Positions 38,301 through 49,380 of a stretch of 64,000 nt of DNA are shown piece after piece. The position numbers and the translations under genes are program-made. Source of the DNA: Camelus ferus (lineage: Eukaryota); contig NC_045697.1 in assembly GCF_009834535.1 (NCBI RefSeq), positions 43,712,001 to 43,776,000 of the forward strand, in the 5' to 3' direction. Below the pieces are notes generated by a model. It was given only the letters and a program-made list of their open reading frames with translations. It did not search any database and was not told the DNA's origin. Each line of letters opens with the position of its first letter. Within the stretch, counting starts at the first letter, position 1.

Positions 38301-41300
38301 TCTAAGTGGTACTATACCTTTCCTTCTTCTCCCCACCCAGATATCTCCCATATTAAACATGAGTACGTCCATGGAAATCATAGTCTATACTCACAGTACT
38401 GTGCCCATATCTTTAGTCATTCTACTAAAATATGTTATATTTTAATAATACATCTTTTAAGCTATCAATATTTTTAAGTAAAATTTGTGTTATTTTTTCA
38501 TATCTTTTATAATCATGAAAATGTGGTAGTGCAGTGAGTACTGGATTTGGTTCAAGTGGCAGACTTTTTAAAGTTACAACTTAATTTTTGTATATATTTA
38601 TTCTTTTTCTATGTAGTTTACCCAGCTCAGCCCAGCAGAACAAAATGTAGCTGCTCTGGTTGGAGTCTCTGAGAACTTTATTGGGAAGAAAGCATCAGGT
38701 CAAGCTATCAAGAAGGTACCATAGTCTTTTTTTTCCCTCCTACATAAGTTCATTTAACAAAATTAATGCTATTGTATTATCTCCTTTGTTGACTTGATCT
38801 TTTGGGTCCACATTTTTTCCTTTAAATTAATGTAATTCCTATTTTACTATTTAAAACATCTGAGGGCTAGAAATTTAGGTATTTTTTAAAAACAGTGTTT
38901 ATTTCTAGATGGTGTGATGGCCCTTTTTTTGTACATTTGTATTTCTAAAATAGTTGTGCACACGTAAGGCTTTTTTTGTTTGGGGTTTTTTGGGTGGTAG
39001 GAAGGGAATTACGTTTATCTATTTATTTAAAAAAAAATTTTTTTTAATGGAGGTACTGGGGATTGAACCCAGGACCTTGTGCATGCTAAGCATGCAGTCT
39101 ACCACTGAGCTATACCCTTCCCGCCATGTAAGGCTTTTATCATAGGAAAAGGTAAACCTTATTCATCTATTTTTCTTAGGCTACTTATAGCTTACATTAT
39201 AAAAATTGTGAAATGTTTGTACGATGTTTTCATGATATTGTAGAATCCTGAAATAAGTTCAATTCAAAGGAGAAAAAGTATTTTCTAGAAAAATTTTATT
39301 AAGCATGCTCAGGGATTCAAGATAGGACAAGTTTGGGATCCTTATTTCTCTTGTTACTTTTTATTGTCCAAATACTTGAAGTACGTCAAGCATTTTAGAA
39401 GGTTGAAGTGGAGAATCCAGTACTCTTTTGTATGGTATCTTATATTTTAGTGTTTTAAAGTTCAGTCAACAAACATGAAGCAAGTGTCGCATGCATACAC
39501 TAACTTAAGAGAAGTGGAAATAATTCTTTGGCAAACATGCATTCAAATTCCTGAAGTTAATATCATTTTTCTACCTCATAATTCCCTTTTTTTCGTTTTT
39601 CGTTTTTTGTTTTCTTTGGTAATCTAATCTTCATTGAAACCTAATTATCTTACCTACAATTTTCCTTTTTTTACATTTACATAGACATTACTGATTTAAT
39701 TTTGAAAAATGGAAGATGGTTGGTTACTTACATTTGAAACAAATGGCGCAACTGTCCCCTGTATTGATGTATCATAAAATTATAAATGTATAGCACTTCA
39801 GCATTCATTTTGTCAATACTTAGTTTGGGTCTTTTACCTCAGAAATGACTATGTTGGTTAGCCTTTCAAAATGTTCAATAAAACATTTCTTAAACCTTTT
39901 ATATCAAACACTAAAATATAAAATAAAAATAAAATCATATTAATTTGCAACTCATTACCAAATAATAAACATTTATAAAATCTCATTAGAATAATGCATC
40001 TTTTTAAACTTGAATCAGAACTTATTTTTGTTACATTTTATGAAATACAGTCAATAAATGTTCAATTGGAATGAAGTATTTAAAATATAAGCATGAATTT
40101 ATCTTAATTACAAATGGATTAGTTACTAGTTTGGTGTTTTAGAATAGCTTTTTTTTTTTTTAATTCTACAGAACACTTAAAATCTAATTGATTTCTCCAT
40201 GTTGGAAAAGACCTTTTCTTTACACATTTCTGATAAAATATCTTGCAACTGGCATAAAGCAGCTTTTCTTGCTATGAAATATACTTGTATCATTGTTTTT
40301 GGCTTAGAAAATACATTCTGAGCAAAATCTACATTGACTCAATTTGTAGTTAACGATGAAGTTGTACTAAAATTGGGAAATTAAAAAGTGATTTTTCCTA
40401 TCTGTTATTCAACTATCATGCTTTTTCAGCTTAATGCTTTTAAAAGAGTGATCCAGTGTCAACGTACAGAATTTGTGGTCTTACATCTTTCAATATACCA
40501 CCCTCAGTTCTCATCTCACACACTCTTTTATTCTAGTAGGAAATATAATTTTATACCTACTTTTTCTCTTTCATATTCATCATTTTTTCCTCTGATTTTA
40601 AGCATGAATTACTCAATTTCTAAGTTAACTTGATGTTAGCTATGAAATACTTTACACAAAAAATAATCACTAGACACTAAACACTATAGGCAAAAGCAGG
40701 TACACAGAATAGAAATTGTCAACTACAGGAAGCATTTTTCTTTTCGTGTTTTAACTTTGGAAACATTAATTATTTATCATGACCATGTGGAAATCATAGA
40801 ATCTGATACAGACAAGCTTATTAACATATTTAGCTAAACGAATACGTTTGTCTGATTTATAATCACAACCACACACATGTACAGCCTGTAACTACTACAA
40901 TAAATGTAAAGGTTTCCCCAGCTGCTCCTCCTGTCTTCTTTTCCTAAGGCTTCCTTAACAAATCAGCACAAACTGGGTGTCCTAAAATAGCAGAAATTTA
41001 TTCTGTCACAGTTTAGGAGGCCAGAAGTCTGAAATCAAGATGTTGGCAAGATTGGTTCCTTCCAGAGGCTCTGAGGAAGAAACCACCTTGCCTCTCTCTT
41101 AGCTTTTGGTGGTAGTCAGCAGTCTTTGGTGTTGCTTGGCTTGTAGACACATCCCTTCAACATCTACCTGCGTCTTCATACCACCTTCTCTGTCACTCAA
41201 TGTCCTCTCCTTTTATAAGTGTACCAGTCATTGAATGATGGGCCCTTAAGGGTCCCTTGTACATCCAGGATGACTTCATCTCAAGATCCTTAACTAATTA

Positions 41301-44300
41301 CATCTGCAGGGATCCTCTTTCCAAGTAAGGCCACGTTCTGAGATACCAGGGGTTAGGACTTGAACATATCTCTTTTTAGGGGACAGTTGAACTCACTACA
41401 CTTCTTATAGAAGGAAGTTTAATTTAAATTGGAAACAATTTGGCTTATCTCTCTTTTTATACTTGGAAAAATTATAATTTGAACTAATCTAAAGTGCGTA
41501 CATTAGAACTTGGTTTTTGTGGAACTGTTGTATCCTTCCTCTCCTGTAGTACAACTTCATTCACTTTGCCTTTTGTCCAATTTGAATGTAATGTACATTT
41601 TTAGCAGATCCAGTGTATAAATTTATTTGTGTCTTTCTAGAAGGTGGACAAGAACATTGTCAACAGACTATACCTGTCTTTTGTTCTTTATACCTTGCTC
41701 AAAGAGACCAACATTTGGAGTGTGTCTGAAAAATTTAATATGCCACGAGGATATATACAAAATCTTCTCTCTGGAGCTGCTGCATTCTCCTCTTGTGTGT
41801 TACATTTCTGTGAGGTAATTCCATTAAATAGTTGATATATGCTTTGTGCATCTTCTGTTTTAACTGTTACTAAACTCAAAAACTAGTTCATATATTCTCA
41901 TTGTTGACTCATTCTATTATTAAAATTTATTTAAAACATGTTTGTTTTTATCCACTTATAAAAACATTGTATACATACAAATAATAAAGATACAAAAATG
42001 ACACAACTAAAACATATAATGAACAAGTAGGAAGTACCCAGTTATCCCTACTCTTAGAACTACTATTAATAGTTTCAAGTCTTTGGAATCAAATCCTAAA
42101 ATAACATTTCTCCATTGATGTATGTCTGCATTGATGGGGTATGAGATTCTGCATGTCTTAATCCTGAATGATAACCATGTAAAGCGTTTGATTAATGTGT
42201 TACCAATATCCCGCAGCTACCCAGTGACTACCTAGTACTGTGTTCCCATTTTTGCTTCCAGTGTCAGGCAACTGCTTAAGTTTCTACATTATGTGTGTAT
42301 TTTATAAAATAAATCAAGAAGAAAACTTAATTTTGGTCATATGCATTTGGGATGGATTTGTTTAAGACTTTACTAAAAGAAGCTTTCAGAATTTCCTTAA
42401 ATAACATAACAAAGCTTACAAGACTTTTCTACCCAGACAATTTTTTGATGAGTTTATAATATAAGCCATTTTTGGTGCATTGAAACTTATTCTTTTTGGG
42501 TGGCACAGTAATATTTGTTTTTATACTCAAATTTTTAAAAACTTTTTTTCATTATAAATTCTAAAGTTAAAATCTACTTCATTTGCTCTACCTTAAACCT
42601 GCATATTCTGTGTATGTATTTAGCAGTTAATTCTATCACATGTGCTAATGAAGGGAGTAAATAATCCAAAACTGCTTGGCTTTGGATTGAATAATAATTT
42701 TAGCAAATTTATGTTTCTAAATACTTTTTACTTATGCTGATTTTTAAATTTTAGCTTATGTTCCCTAATTACATGCTAGATAATCAGTAGACAAAAATTA
42801 TGGATAATAAGGAGAAACTGGCCTTTAAAATGTATTTTCTTAAGTTTTCTGTGTTTGTTCTTCATATTTAAAGATGCGTTCCCTGACATTCAATCCCCTT
42901 GTCCCCTTGTTTTGCTTAGGACTGTGAGGACGTGAGCCTTACAGAATTGTTCAGGTGAAACAGTCTACAGGTTGAACTTGAAAAACAACTATAATTTGAT
43001 GGTTGATTCTAGAGTCAATCTACCTGACAATTCTCATGAATTTATTTTCAATATTTTAAACTGTTTTGTTCTTTATAAAGTTATGAAAGTGGGATAAAAT
43101 AGTACACCAATCATACTAGTTAATATGCTTTTAACTACAAGTAACAGAAAAACCCCATAGAAATTTAAAGAGTAAGGAAAAATGATCATCTTATGTAGCA
43201 GAGAAGCCAGAGCTAAGGCAGTTCGGGATTGATTGGTTCAGTAGTTATGCAAGGTTTTCTTTCCCGCTTTGTACGCTGCCATCCTTAGTGCACTGACTAC
43301 TTTCCTAGTGGTCACAAAATGACTAGCTCATGCTGTTCCATGCATCATGTACTCACAATGATACCCAGAGGTTAGAAAACATAAAGAAAAGACAACCAAA
43401 CTACTATTATAGAAAATTTCAACCATATATTAAAAAAGACAAGGTAATATAATGAATACCCATTTATCCCCACCCTGGCTTTAAGAGTTATGGACTCATG
43501 GCTTCTAGTATTATTATTGTTTTGAATATTGCTGCACTGACCATCGTCTTGCTTTTGAATCCTTCCATATTTAATATCTTATCTTCAGGATAAATTTCCA
43601 GAGGTAAGAATTGTTTTCAGTCATTTGGGAAAGAAAAACTATGCAATTCATTTGCTGATGTTTTGATAAAAATGAATAGAAATCTTACTGACTTATTTTT
43701 CAATTTTCAGTCTTTTTCCTCATCCTGAAACCATTTCATCAAATTCCTCAGTCTCTGCCATGTTTCTTCATAATTTTTCTTGGAGTTATTTTCACCTCTG
43801 GCTTAACCCAACTTCCAGAATTTACAGAAGGGAACATTCTTTCTGAGCCCCCTACCATGCAAACGAAATTTTGAAATAACCAGATTTAAGTTCTGCATAT
43901 TTCTTTGTGTTCTGCAGGAACTTGAGGAGTTCTGGGTTTATAGAGCCCTTTTGGTGGAACTTACTAAGAAACTGACTTACTGTGTAAAGGCAGAGCTAAT
44001 CCCTCTCATGGAAGTGACTGGAGTTTTAGAGGTCAGTAGCTTTCCAGTTTTTTAACTGAGATAATTTCAGCTAACTGAAAAATCAGGTTTTACTATCATG
44101 TGAAGTCTTATCACAGGACAAGTGATGACAATAGCCTTATTGCTCATATATCATGGGAATCTTTTTTTTTTTTTTGGTAATAAATTGCCAACATGCCTTC
44201 CCAGAAATCCCTGTTAATCCAAAAGCAGTCCTGTTGAAAAATCACATTGTGGGGGGAAAAAATAACAGTAGGGGTAGGGATCTCTCTCCCCAAGTATGTG

Positions 44301-47300
44301 TGCTACCACTCATTCTTAACATCCCTCCCTTCCTCCACTCCAGTGAAGAATTACCTTCTGTCACTGTAGACATGCTTGGTTAAGGTGGTGGTGATTAGGC
44401 GGCAGTGAGGGTCATTTACATTTCCTAAAAGAGTGAGAAGAAAGTATCCTCAGCTGGTTTCTTAACTTTCTGTTTTTGACCAACCCTTGATTGCAGTTTT
44501 TTCTGTTATTCAATTTTTAAATTAGAGGAATTCTGCTTGGGAAAGCAGACACACACTCACACACACGCACATACCCCTAACCCTCAGGGATTGCTTGGGG
44601 ATCTGAAATAATGCCCCTAGCCTAAGTGCCCTAATGGGTTTCTCATTTCTGATTGCAACACACCTCAGTTGACTTAAGCTGCACAGAAAGCTAGCTGTCT
44701 TGCAGTCAAATTGAAACCACCCAAACACATCTAAAATTCCTCAGGATTCTGATGTGTTACATTTTCATATTTATTATCTTCGTTTATTCCTAGCTCTTGC
44801 AAATGAATTTTTCCCCTCAATAAGACACTTAATTATTTTTTCCTAGTCCCAAATTCTGACCCTAATTATTTTTATTACACTTTTCAGAGCCGAGCAAAAC
44901 AGTTATACAATGCAGGTTATAAAAGTCTAATGTACTTAGCTAATGCAAATCCTGAAGTGCTGATAAGGACGATTGATCATTTGTCAAGACGCCAGGCCAA
45001 GCAGATTGTTTCATCAGCCAAGGTAAGTGAACAAACCATTTTTTAACCTTTATGATACTTTTTTTTCCCCTTAACAGAGGCACAGGGGTTTGAACCAAGA
45101 CTTGGTTCACGCCAAGCATGCACTCTACCACTGAGGTATACCCCTCACGCCCCTCTTTATGGTATTTTGTAGTGTCATCACCTTATACTTTAGACAAAAA
45201 CGAAAGCATTCAACTATAGACACAAAAGTGTATGCTCACAATACATGGATAAAAATAGTGCATCTGTTATGATACAAGTCCTGCTAAAAAGAGGACAAGG
45301 ACCTCCTAAAAAATAAAGACACTTTCAAGAGTTCACTGAAGTACAGGGAACTCTGGAACTCATTGAATTCTGCCTCCTCCTACCCTTTTCACAGAAGTCC
45401 TTTCCTCAGCATCCCTGACATCTGGCCTTCCCATCTTTAAACACTTTCACTGACAAGGCGCTTACAACTTCAGAAATTAAGTAGTTCTATTTTTGGACTC
45501 TTAGTGTTACAAAGAGCATCCTAATATAATGAGGCTAAATTTTGCCTTAAAATGTCTACCATGGTGTCATAGTACTCCCCTGTGAAACTAGGCTATTCCT
45601 TTGTTCATTTGGTAGTTTTTCACATATTTGAAAAGAGCTCTTGTTGTCTCCAAGGGTTTCTCTTTTCTGCTTCTTTCATCTGTAGTAAATAATCTGGTTT
45701 TAGACCATTCACTATCCTGGTTACCCTTTGCTAGACACAGTCCAGTTTGTCATTAAGCTCCTGCTCCATGTGTATAAATCTATCACACCGCATTTAGGAT
45801 TTTTTCCTTCTTGATCTCAACTGTAGTTCTTTCTTTGTGGCCTAAAATTGCTTAGTTTTCTTTTTTTTTTTTTTAACATCTTATATACATCAGAATTAGC
45901 TAAAAAGTAAACTTACATCTTACACTTTTGAATGGTGCTCACATTGTTTGTATTACCGTATTACCTTTGCAACAGTCCTCTGAAGTAGGCAGAGTCGGTG
46001 TTACGTTCAGTCTACAGATGAGGACACTCTTTGGGCTGATAGAGATGAAGTTATAGTTGTTTCCATTGCTATAGCATCTGGCACAGTATCTAACCTGTAG
46101 TAGAAGTTTAGCAAATATTTGAATAAATAAATAAATGAGATTTAAAGAAATTAAGTGATTTATCCAAGGAAACACAGCCAGTCAGTAAGTAGTAGAGCAG
46201 GACTGTGGTGTCAGACTGTATATTATTAAGGATACAAAGGGAGCTGCGGCAACAATGGCCAAAATAAATGACTATCAGTGTCAAAAGTTTATTAGACAGT
46301 TTCGAGCACAAGCAGTTCACGGCTGATGTGGGGAATCAGTGGTGTGTCTAGGGACCCATACTTCTTCTATCTCATCGCTCAGCCAGTACGTGGCTTCCAT
46401 CTCATGGTCGTTCCCACCACCCCTTCCGCTTTCCAGCCAGCTTGACAATAAAAAATGGATACTCCTTGCAGGATTTTGAGTAGAAGAGTGAGTTAGAGGT
46501 TGCAGATAGGGAAGCCAGAATAGAAATCAGGAAACCAGCTGGGATTATATTAAGGTTAAACAGGTTTTTGCAGGAATGCCACAAAAATGATGTGTGTCCT
46601 TAGTCCATCCTATCAGGAGCCATAGGATGTCACTTTATCCCATCACTGATAATGACTCTGATCATTTGGTTAAGAAAGTGTTGTCTGGCAAGTTTCTTAA
46701 CTGGAAAGTTATTTTTCCCTTTGTAATTAGTATTTTGGGAATGGATACTTGGAGACTATGTAGATGCCCTATTCTTCATCAAACTTTCACATAACTGCTT
46801 TAGCATCCATTAGTGATTTTTGCCTGACTCAGTTATTTCTGGGATGTTTGTCAAATGATGATTTTCTAAATCCATTATTCCGTCTGCATTTATTTATTGG
46901 CATTTTACTATGAGGAAAAGCTTTTCCTTCATCATATATTTATTTATTCATTTATTTATATCAGAATGAACCATGGTTTCATACTTATTCAATGAGGTAC
47001 AGTCCATTATTATCATTACTTATTTTGGTACTCAAAGGGCCTCAGAGTTGGCCAGCAGGAGCCCCTACAAGCTGGTTCCTTTGTCTTTCTGACTTGTCCC
47101 CGTTCTTGGAGTGCTTTCTTGTTCTCGGGCTGTATATCAGGGTCTAATCATTAGGAACAGAAACTACACAGTAATTTGAACAGGGAAGTTTAATGTAAAG
47201 AAGTAGTAACTAGTAACAGAGGTTACTAGTTGGCTTTTAAGAGGTAAACAACACTACAAGTAATTTGATGTTAGTAAGTGATGTCTATTCTAGTAACGCT

Positions 47301-48276
47301 GACACGTGAGTTTTGTGTAGTTTACTTGTTCTTGCTGATGTGTGTAGTGCTTACAGGATGTGTGGGGAGATTCATTTCACATGGTCATCATTACCTCAAC
47401 TACTGGAAAGCTTACCTAATTATATTTTAGTCTCCTGTATATAATGCCACCTAATGCTCTACTTTATATCAGATTGGTAGAGTGTGGGTTTTTTTCTCTA
47501 TGTGATTTTGGTAAGTTTTTTTATTACAAAAATGTTGTAAGAGAAGTAGTGCAAGTATTTCACACCAATATACACAAAACCCAGCTGCAAGCAATACCAA
47601 CAGCTTATTTCTGGTTTTTTAAGGAAAGGGGAAAAATCATTCAGCAAATACTCATTGACATCTACTCTGTGTCATGTTTAGAAATACTTTTTTGTTTATT
47701 ATGCTTCTTTTGAAGTTAATTTTAAGAGATTGAGTTAAACTTTTCTTTGAAACACTGATACATTTTTAAAAGAGAGCATACTAAACTTTGAGGAATAATA
47801 AAATGCATATATAAAGGATAATGTTTTCAAGAACTAATTAAATTTTTGCAAAATTGTCTTAAATTTTATAGATTAAAAGTTAATTTTTATGTGGCTGAGT
47901 CTTCAATAAAACAAATCTTTGAGAGTATTAAAGCTCCCTTATTTTTAGTATACCAAATGCAGCGATCAGCTAAAATGGCTTTAACTAAATGCCTCAGCTT
48001 CATTTACTATAATCGCTTGTTCTTAAGTGGCCATTTTTCAGTCTCATTATTAGCTTTAATGTCTAGATTGCTGATATGTAAGGATTCGGTTGCTAATAGA
48101 TAGTGGTAAAATGTTGGCAGTTCTCTAGCAACGTATATTTTTCTCTCATGTCTTGGTTTTGTATGTAGATGCTGTTGCATGAAAAAGCAGAGGCCTTGCA
48201 GGAAGAAGTAGAGGAGTTACTGCGACCACCTCCTGACTTCCCTGGTGTCGAAGCCTTCCCCACTGAAAAGGCGTGA
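14190..48276 (+). CDS. HELQ: Helicase POLQ-like (HEL308 family, Ski2-like SF2 3'-5' DNA helicase), complete, 18 coding exons, 1077 aa
   Basis: Exons 14190-14378, 15176-15893, 19195-19373, 20074-20274, 20713-20785, 22083-22180, 23317-23415, 24681-24826, 27563-27802, 29963-30104, 30477-30581, 36329-36584, 37513-37670, 38617-38715, 41641-41814, 43918-44031, 44888-45022 and 48169-48276 total 3234 nt with consistent phases. Motifs: LPTSGGKT (I), DELH (II), GMSAT (III), [18 protein letters not shown] (V), [10 protein letters not shown] (VI). Confidence 0.98.
14950..15060 (+). mobile_element. MIR fragment
   Basis: MIR core: gtcacttaacccctctaggcctccattttctcatctgtaaaatgggg. Confidence 0.65.
15176..15893 (+). 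CDS. HELQ: HELQ exon 2
   Basis: tccag|AACATT...TATG|gtaat; [11 protein letters not shown]...[24 protein letters not shown]. Confidence 0.96.
17303..17495. mobile_element. MER5A-like DNA transposon
   Basis: cagtgcttctcaaagtg...cagcatcagcatcacctgg...aagccctccaagtgatgcagatg...ttgagaaccact. Confidence 0.7.
19195..19373 (+). CDS. HELQ: HELQ exon 3 (Walker A)
   Basis: acag|AATGG...AAG|gtgtg; EWQHTCL...[12 protein letters not shown]...AIVQEK. Confidence 0.97.
19890..20022 (-). mobile_element. tRNA-Ala-derived SINE (camelid vic-1-like)
   Basis: Reverse complement reads GGATATAGCTCAGGTGGTAAAGTGCATGCTTCACACGCACAAGGTCCTGGGTTCAATTC plus (AAAT)n tail; A and B boxes present. Confidence 0.8.
20074..20274 (+). 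CDS. HELQ: HELQ exon 4
   Basis: tttag|GTTTCA...GAG|gttgg; [12 protein letters not shown]...LVVVDE. Confidence 0.95.
20713..20785 (+). CDS. HELQ: HELQ exon 5
   Basis: caaag|CTGCAC...AGCA|gtaag; [24 protein letters not shown]. Confidence 0.96.
20990..21170 (+). mobile_element. MIR fragment
   Basis: tgtgactcaacctctctgtttcttcatctgtaaagtgg...gttgggaggac...acatgtgaagca. Confidence 0.6.
21395..21605 (-). mobile_element. L1 3' end fragment
   Basis: ttttattgagttatagtcattttacaatgttgtgtcaaattccag...cagttatacatgaaca; same family as the fragment at ~35700. Confidence 0.75.
21732..21944. mobile_element. Tigger2-family MITE (MER8-like) with terminal inverted repeats and TA flanks
   Basis: TA|CAGTTGACCCTTGAACAACAC...GTGTTGTTCAAGGGTCACCTG|TA. 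Confidence 0.85.
22083..22180 (+). CDS. HELQ: HELQ exon 6
   Basis: ttag|AAACA...CCA|gtatgt; [32 protein letters not shown]. Confidence 0.96.
23317..23415 (+). CDS. HELQ: HELQ exon 7
   Basis: tcaag|GTTGAA...AAG|gtaac; [33 protein letters not shown]. Confidence 0.96.
24681..24826 (+). CDS. HELQ: HELQ exon 8
   Basis: tacag|TATTCT...AGCAA|gtatg; [48 protein letters not shown]. Confidence 0.96.
27563..27802 (+). CDS. HELQ: HELQ exon 9
   Basis: cctag|GGAATA...CGAAG|gtaag; EYLKHREKE...[14 protein letters not shown]...GVNLPAR. Confidence 0.97.
29963..30104 (+). CDS. HELQ: HELQ exon 10
   Basis: catag|AGTTA...CAG|gtaat; [47 protein letters not shown]. Confidence 0.97.
30477..30581 (+). CDS. HELQ: HELQ exon 11
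   Basis: tgtag|GTATTG...AAG|gtatt; [35 protein letters not shown]. Confidence 0.96.
32050..33700 (+). mobile_element. Degenerate old L1 ORF2 fragment (endonuclease end to reverse transcriptase) in HELQ intron 11
   Basis: Remnant peptides [10 protein letters not shown]...YRPISL, LLFNI, LFAD and KYLGINL, with frameshifts and stops. Confidence 0.9.
33945..34628 (-). mobile_element. Younger L1 3' fragment (ORF2 C-terminus plus 3' UTR)
   Basis: ORF 34120-34407(-) [29 protein letters not shown] is the L1 ORF2 C-terminus; poly(T) at ~33945. Confidence 0.93.
34670..34805 (+). mobile_element. L2 3' end
   Basis: agaatgtaagctc...cagtgcctagcaccgtgcctggcatgtgg...cagtaaatacttgaattaatgaat. Confidence 0.7.
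35880..35998 (-). mobile_element. tRNA-Ala-derived SINE
   Basis: caggaccttgtgcgtgctaaacacgcactctaccactgaactgtacc; degenerate TSD gaattggtgataatt / gaattagtaataatt. Confidence 0.8.
36329..36584 (+). CDS. HELQ: HELQ exon 12 (contains a 36-nt internal duplication)
   Basis: ttcag|ATTACA...AAGG|gtaag; [17 protein letters not shown]...[25 protein letters not shown]...[10 protein letters not shown]. Confidence 0.96.
37513..37670 (+). CDS. HELQ: HELQ exon 13
   Basis: tttag|GGACT...CAG|gtgag; [37 protein letters not shown]...DWMIYFRQ. Confidence 0.96.
38617..38715 (+). CDS. HELQ: HELQ exon 14
   Basis: tgtag|TTTACC...AAG|gtacc; [33 protein letters not shown]. Confidence 0.96.
38975..39124 (-). mobile_element. 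tRNA-Ala-derived SINE
   Basis: ggggattgaacccaggaccttgtgcatgctaagcatgcagtctaccactgagctatacc; TSD ca(c/t)gtaaggctttt on both sides. Confidence 0.85.
40932..41400 (-). mobile_element. MLT1 (MaLR) solo LTR
   Basis: cagaaatttattctgtcacagtttaggaggccagaagtctgaaatcaag...ggggttaggacttgaacatatc. Confidence 0.8.
41641..41814 (+). CDS. HELQ: HELQ exon 15
   Basis: tctag|AAGGTG...GAG|gtaat; [17 protein letters not shown]...SSCVLHFCE. Confidence 0.95.
43918..44031 (+). CDS. HELQ: HELQ exon 16
   Basis: tgcag|GAACTT...GAG|gtcag; [38 protein letters not shown]. Confidence 0.96.
44888..45022 (+). CDS. HELQ: HELQ exon 17
   Basis: ttcag|AGCCGA...AAG|gtaag; [45 protein letters not shown]. Confidence 0.96.
45060..45155 (-). 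mobile_element. tRNA-Ala-derived SINE
   Basis: ggggtttgaaccaagacttggttcacgccaagcatgcactctaccactgaggtatacc. Confidence 0.75.
46560..47110 (-). mobile_element. Old L1 (L1MC/ME-like) 3' UTR fragment
   Basis: gatcatttggttaag...gatactttggagactatgtagatgccctattc...gcccctacaagctggttcctttgtc. Confidence 0.55.
48169..48276 (+). CDS. HELQ: HELQ exon 18 coding part
   Basis: tgtag|ATGCTG...; [38 protein letters not shown]. Confidence 0.96.
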   Translation: MLLHEKAEALQEEVEELLRPPPDFPGVEAFPTEKA

Positions 48277-48328
48277 AGTCATTAGACCAGCATTTTTAAA
48301 TATGAAGTATTCATTGTACATATGTTTT

Positions 48329-48334
48329 ATTAAA
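48329..48334 (+). terminator. Candidate HELQ polyadenylation signal (ATTAAA)
   Basis: ATTAAA about 50 nt after the stop codon, preceded by TGTA. Confidence 0.5.
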
Positions 48335-49167
48335 GATTCTCTCTAATTTATAAATGAAAAAAATACATTTTAATTATATATTAAGACCTATGAATGATGT
48401 GTGAATATACCTCTCAACCATAATTGCATAAATAATTGCACCTTATTTCTCTGCTCAGAAATCTGGTGTCCGCCACAAAGTGAAATCCAGCTCTTTTGAC
48501 ACATCCCCAGCCCTTGTGGCCAGATCTTTCTTCATTATTCTCTTACCCATTTCTTTCCTCAAGCCGGACTACTTGAAATCCCAGAATTCTCTGATTTCCA
48601 AACCCTCCATTTCCTAACTGCCTTCGGCTATTCCCAGTGCATGGAAAATTATCTTTAAAATGTACTGTATCCTTTAAGTGTCAACTAAAAATTCTCAAAT
48701 ACTGTCTCCTCTATGAAATTGTCCAAGTTCAACCTCATCTCCACCCAGTACATGGGTTCTTTCCCTCTTAAGTATTGTGAGCCTCTCACTTACGCCCCTG
48801 CCTTTTTTAATGCTACTGGTTTGAAGTCTCCTGGAGGGCCAAGACCTTTGTTATCATCTTTATATGCCACATGGCACCTACCACAGTTTACTGCACAAAG
48901 TAAGAACCTCTGTGAAAAGTGAATACTACTCAAATTAACAATTTAAAGATTCTCTTTAAACACAACTTAAATATTGCCTCTCCCCACTCCATTTTCAGAT
49001 CCACAGCTCAAATGTAGATGACTGGTTAAACTAGAAGGTTATAACTAGCAATATTTATAAGTACTGAACTGATTTAGTCAGTTTTCCTTACCTGCCTGAG
49101 AGAAACTTTTCAAATAGATCTATTGTCTAAGTTCTTTGTGCCTTAACATTTTAGACCATGTATAATA

Positions 49168-49380
49168 CAGACACACCTCAGAGATATTGTGGGTTCAGTT
49201 CCAGAATACCACAAAAAAGTGATTATTGCAAGAAAGTGAATCACATTAATTTTTTTGGTTTCCCAGTACATATAAAGTTATGTTTACACTCTACTGTAAT
49301 ATATTATATTATGAGAATTACCAAAATGTGACACCAAGACACAAAGTGAGCAAATGCTGTTGGAAAAAATGGTGCTGAAA
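49168..49380. mobile_element. Internally deleted Tigger1-type DNA transposon
   Basis: TA|CAGACACACCTCAGAGATATTGTGGGTTCAGTTCCAGA... joined to GAGAATTACCAAAATGTGACAC...GCTGTTGGAAAAAATGG. Confidence 0.7.

Noticed and set aside
39050..39122. tRNA-Ala(AGC)-like sequence that could be called a tRNA gene
   Set aside because: It has an A-rich tail, TSDs and several diverged copies in the window, so it is a SINE.
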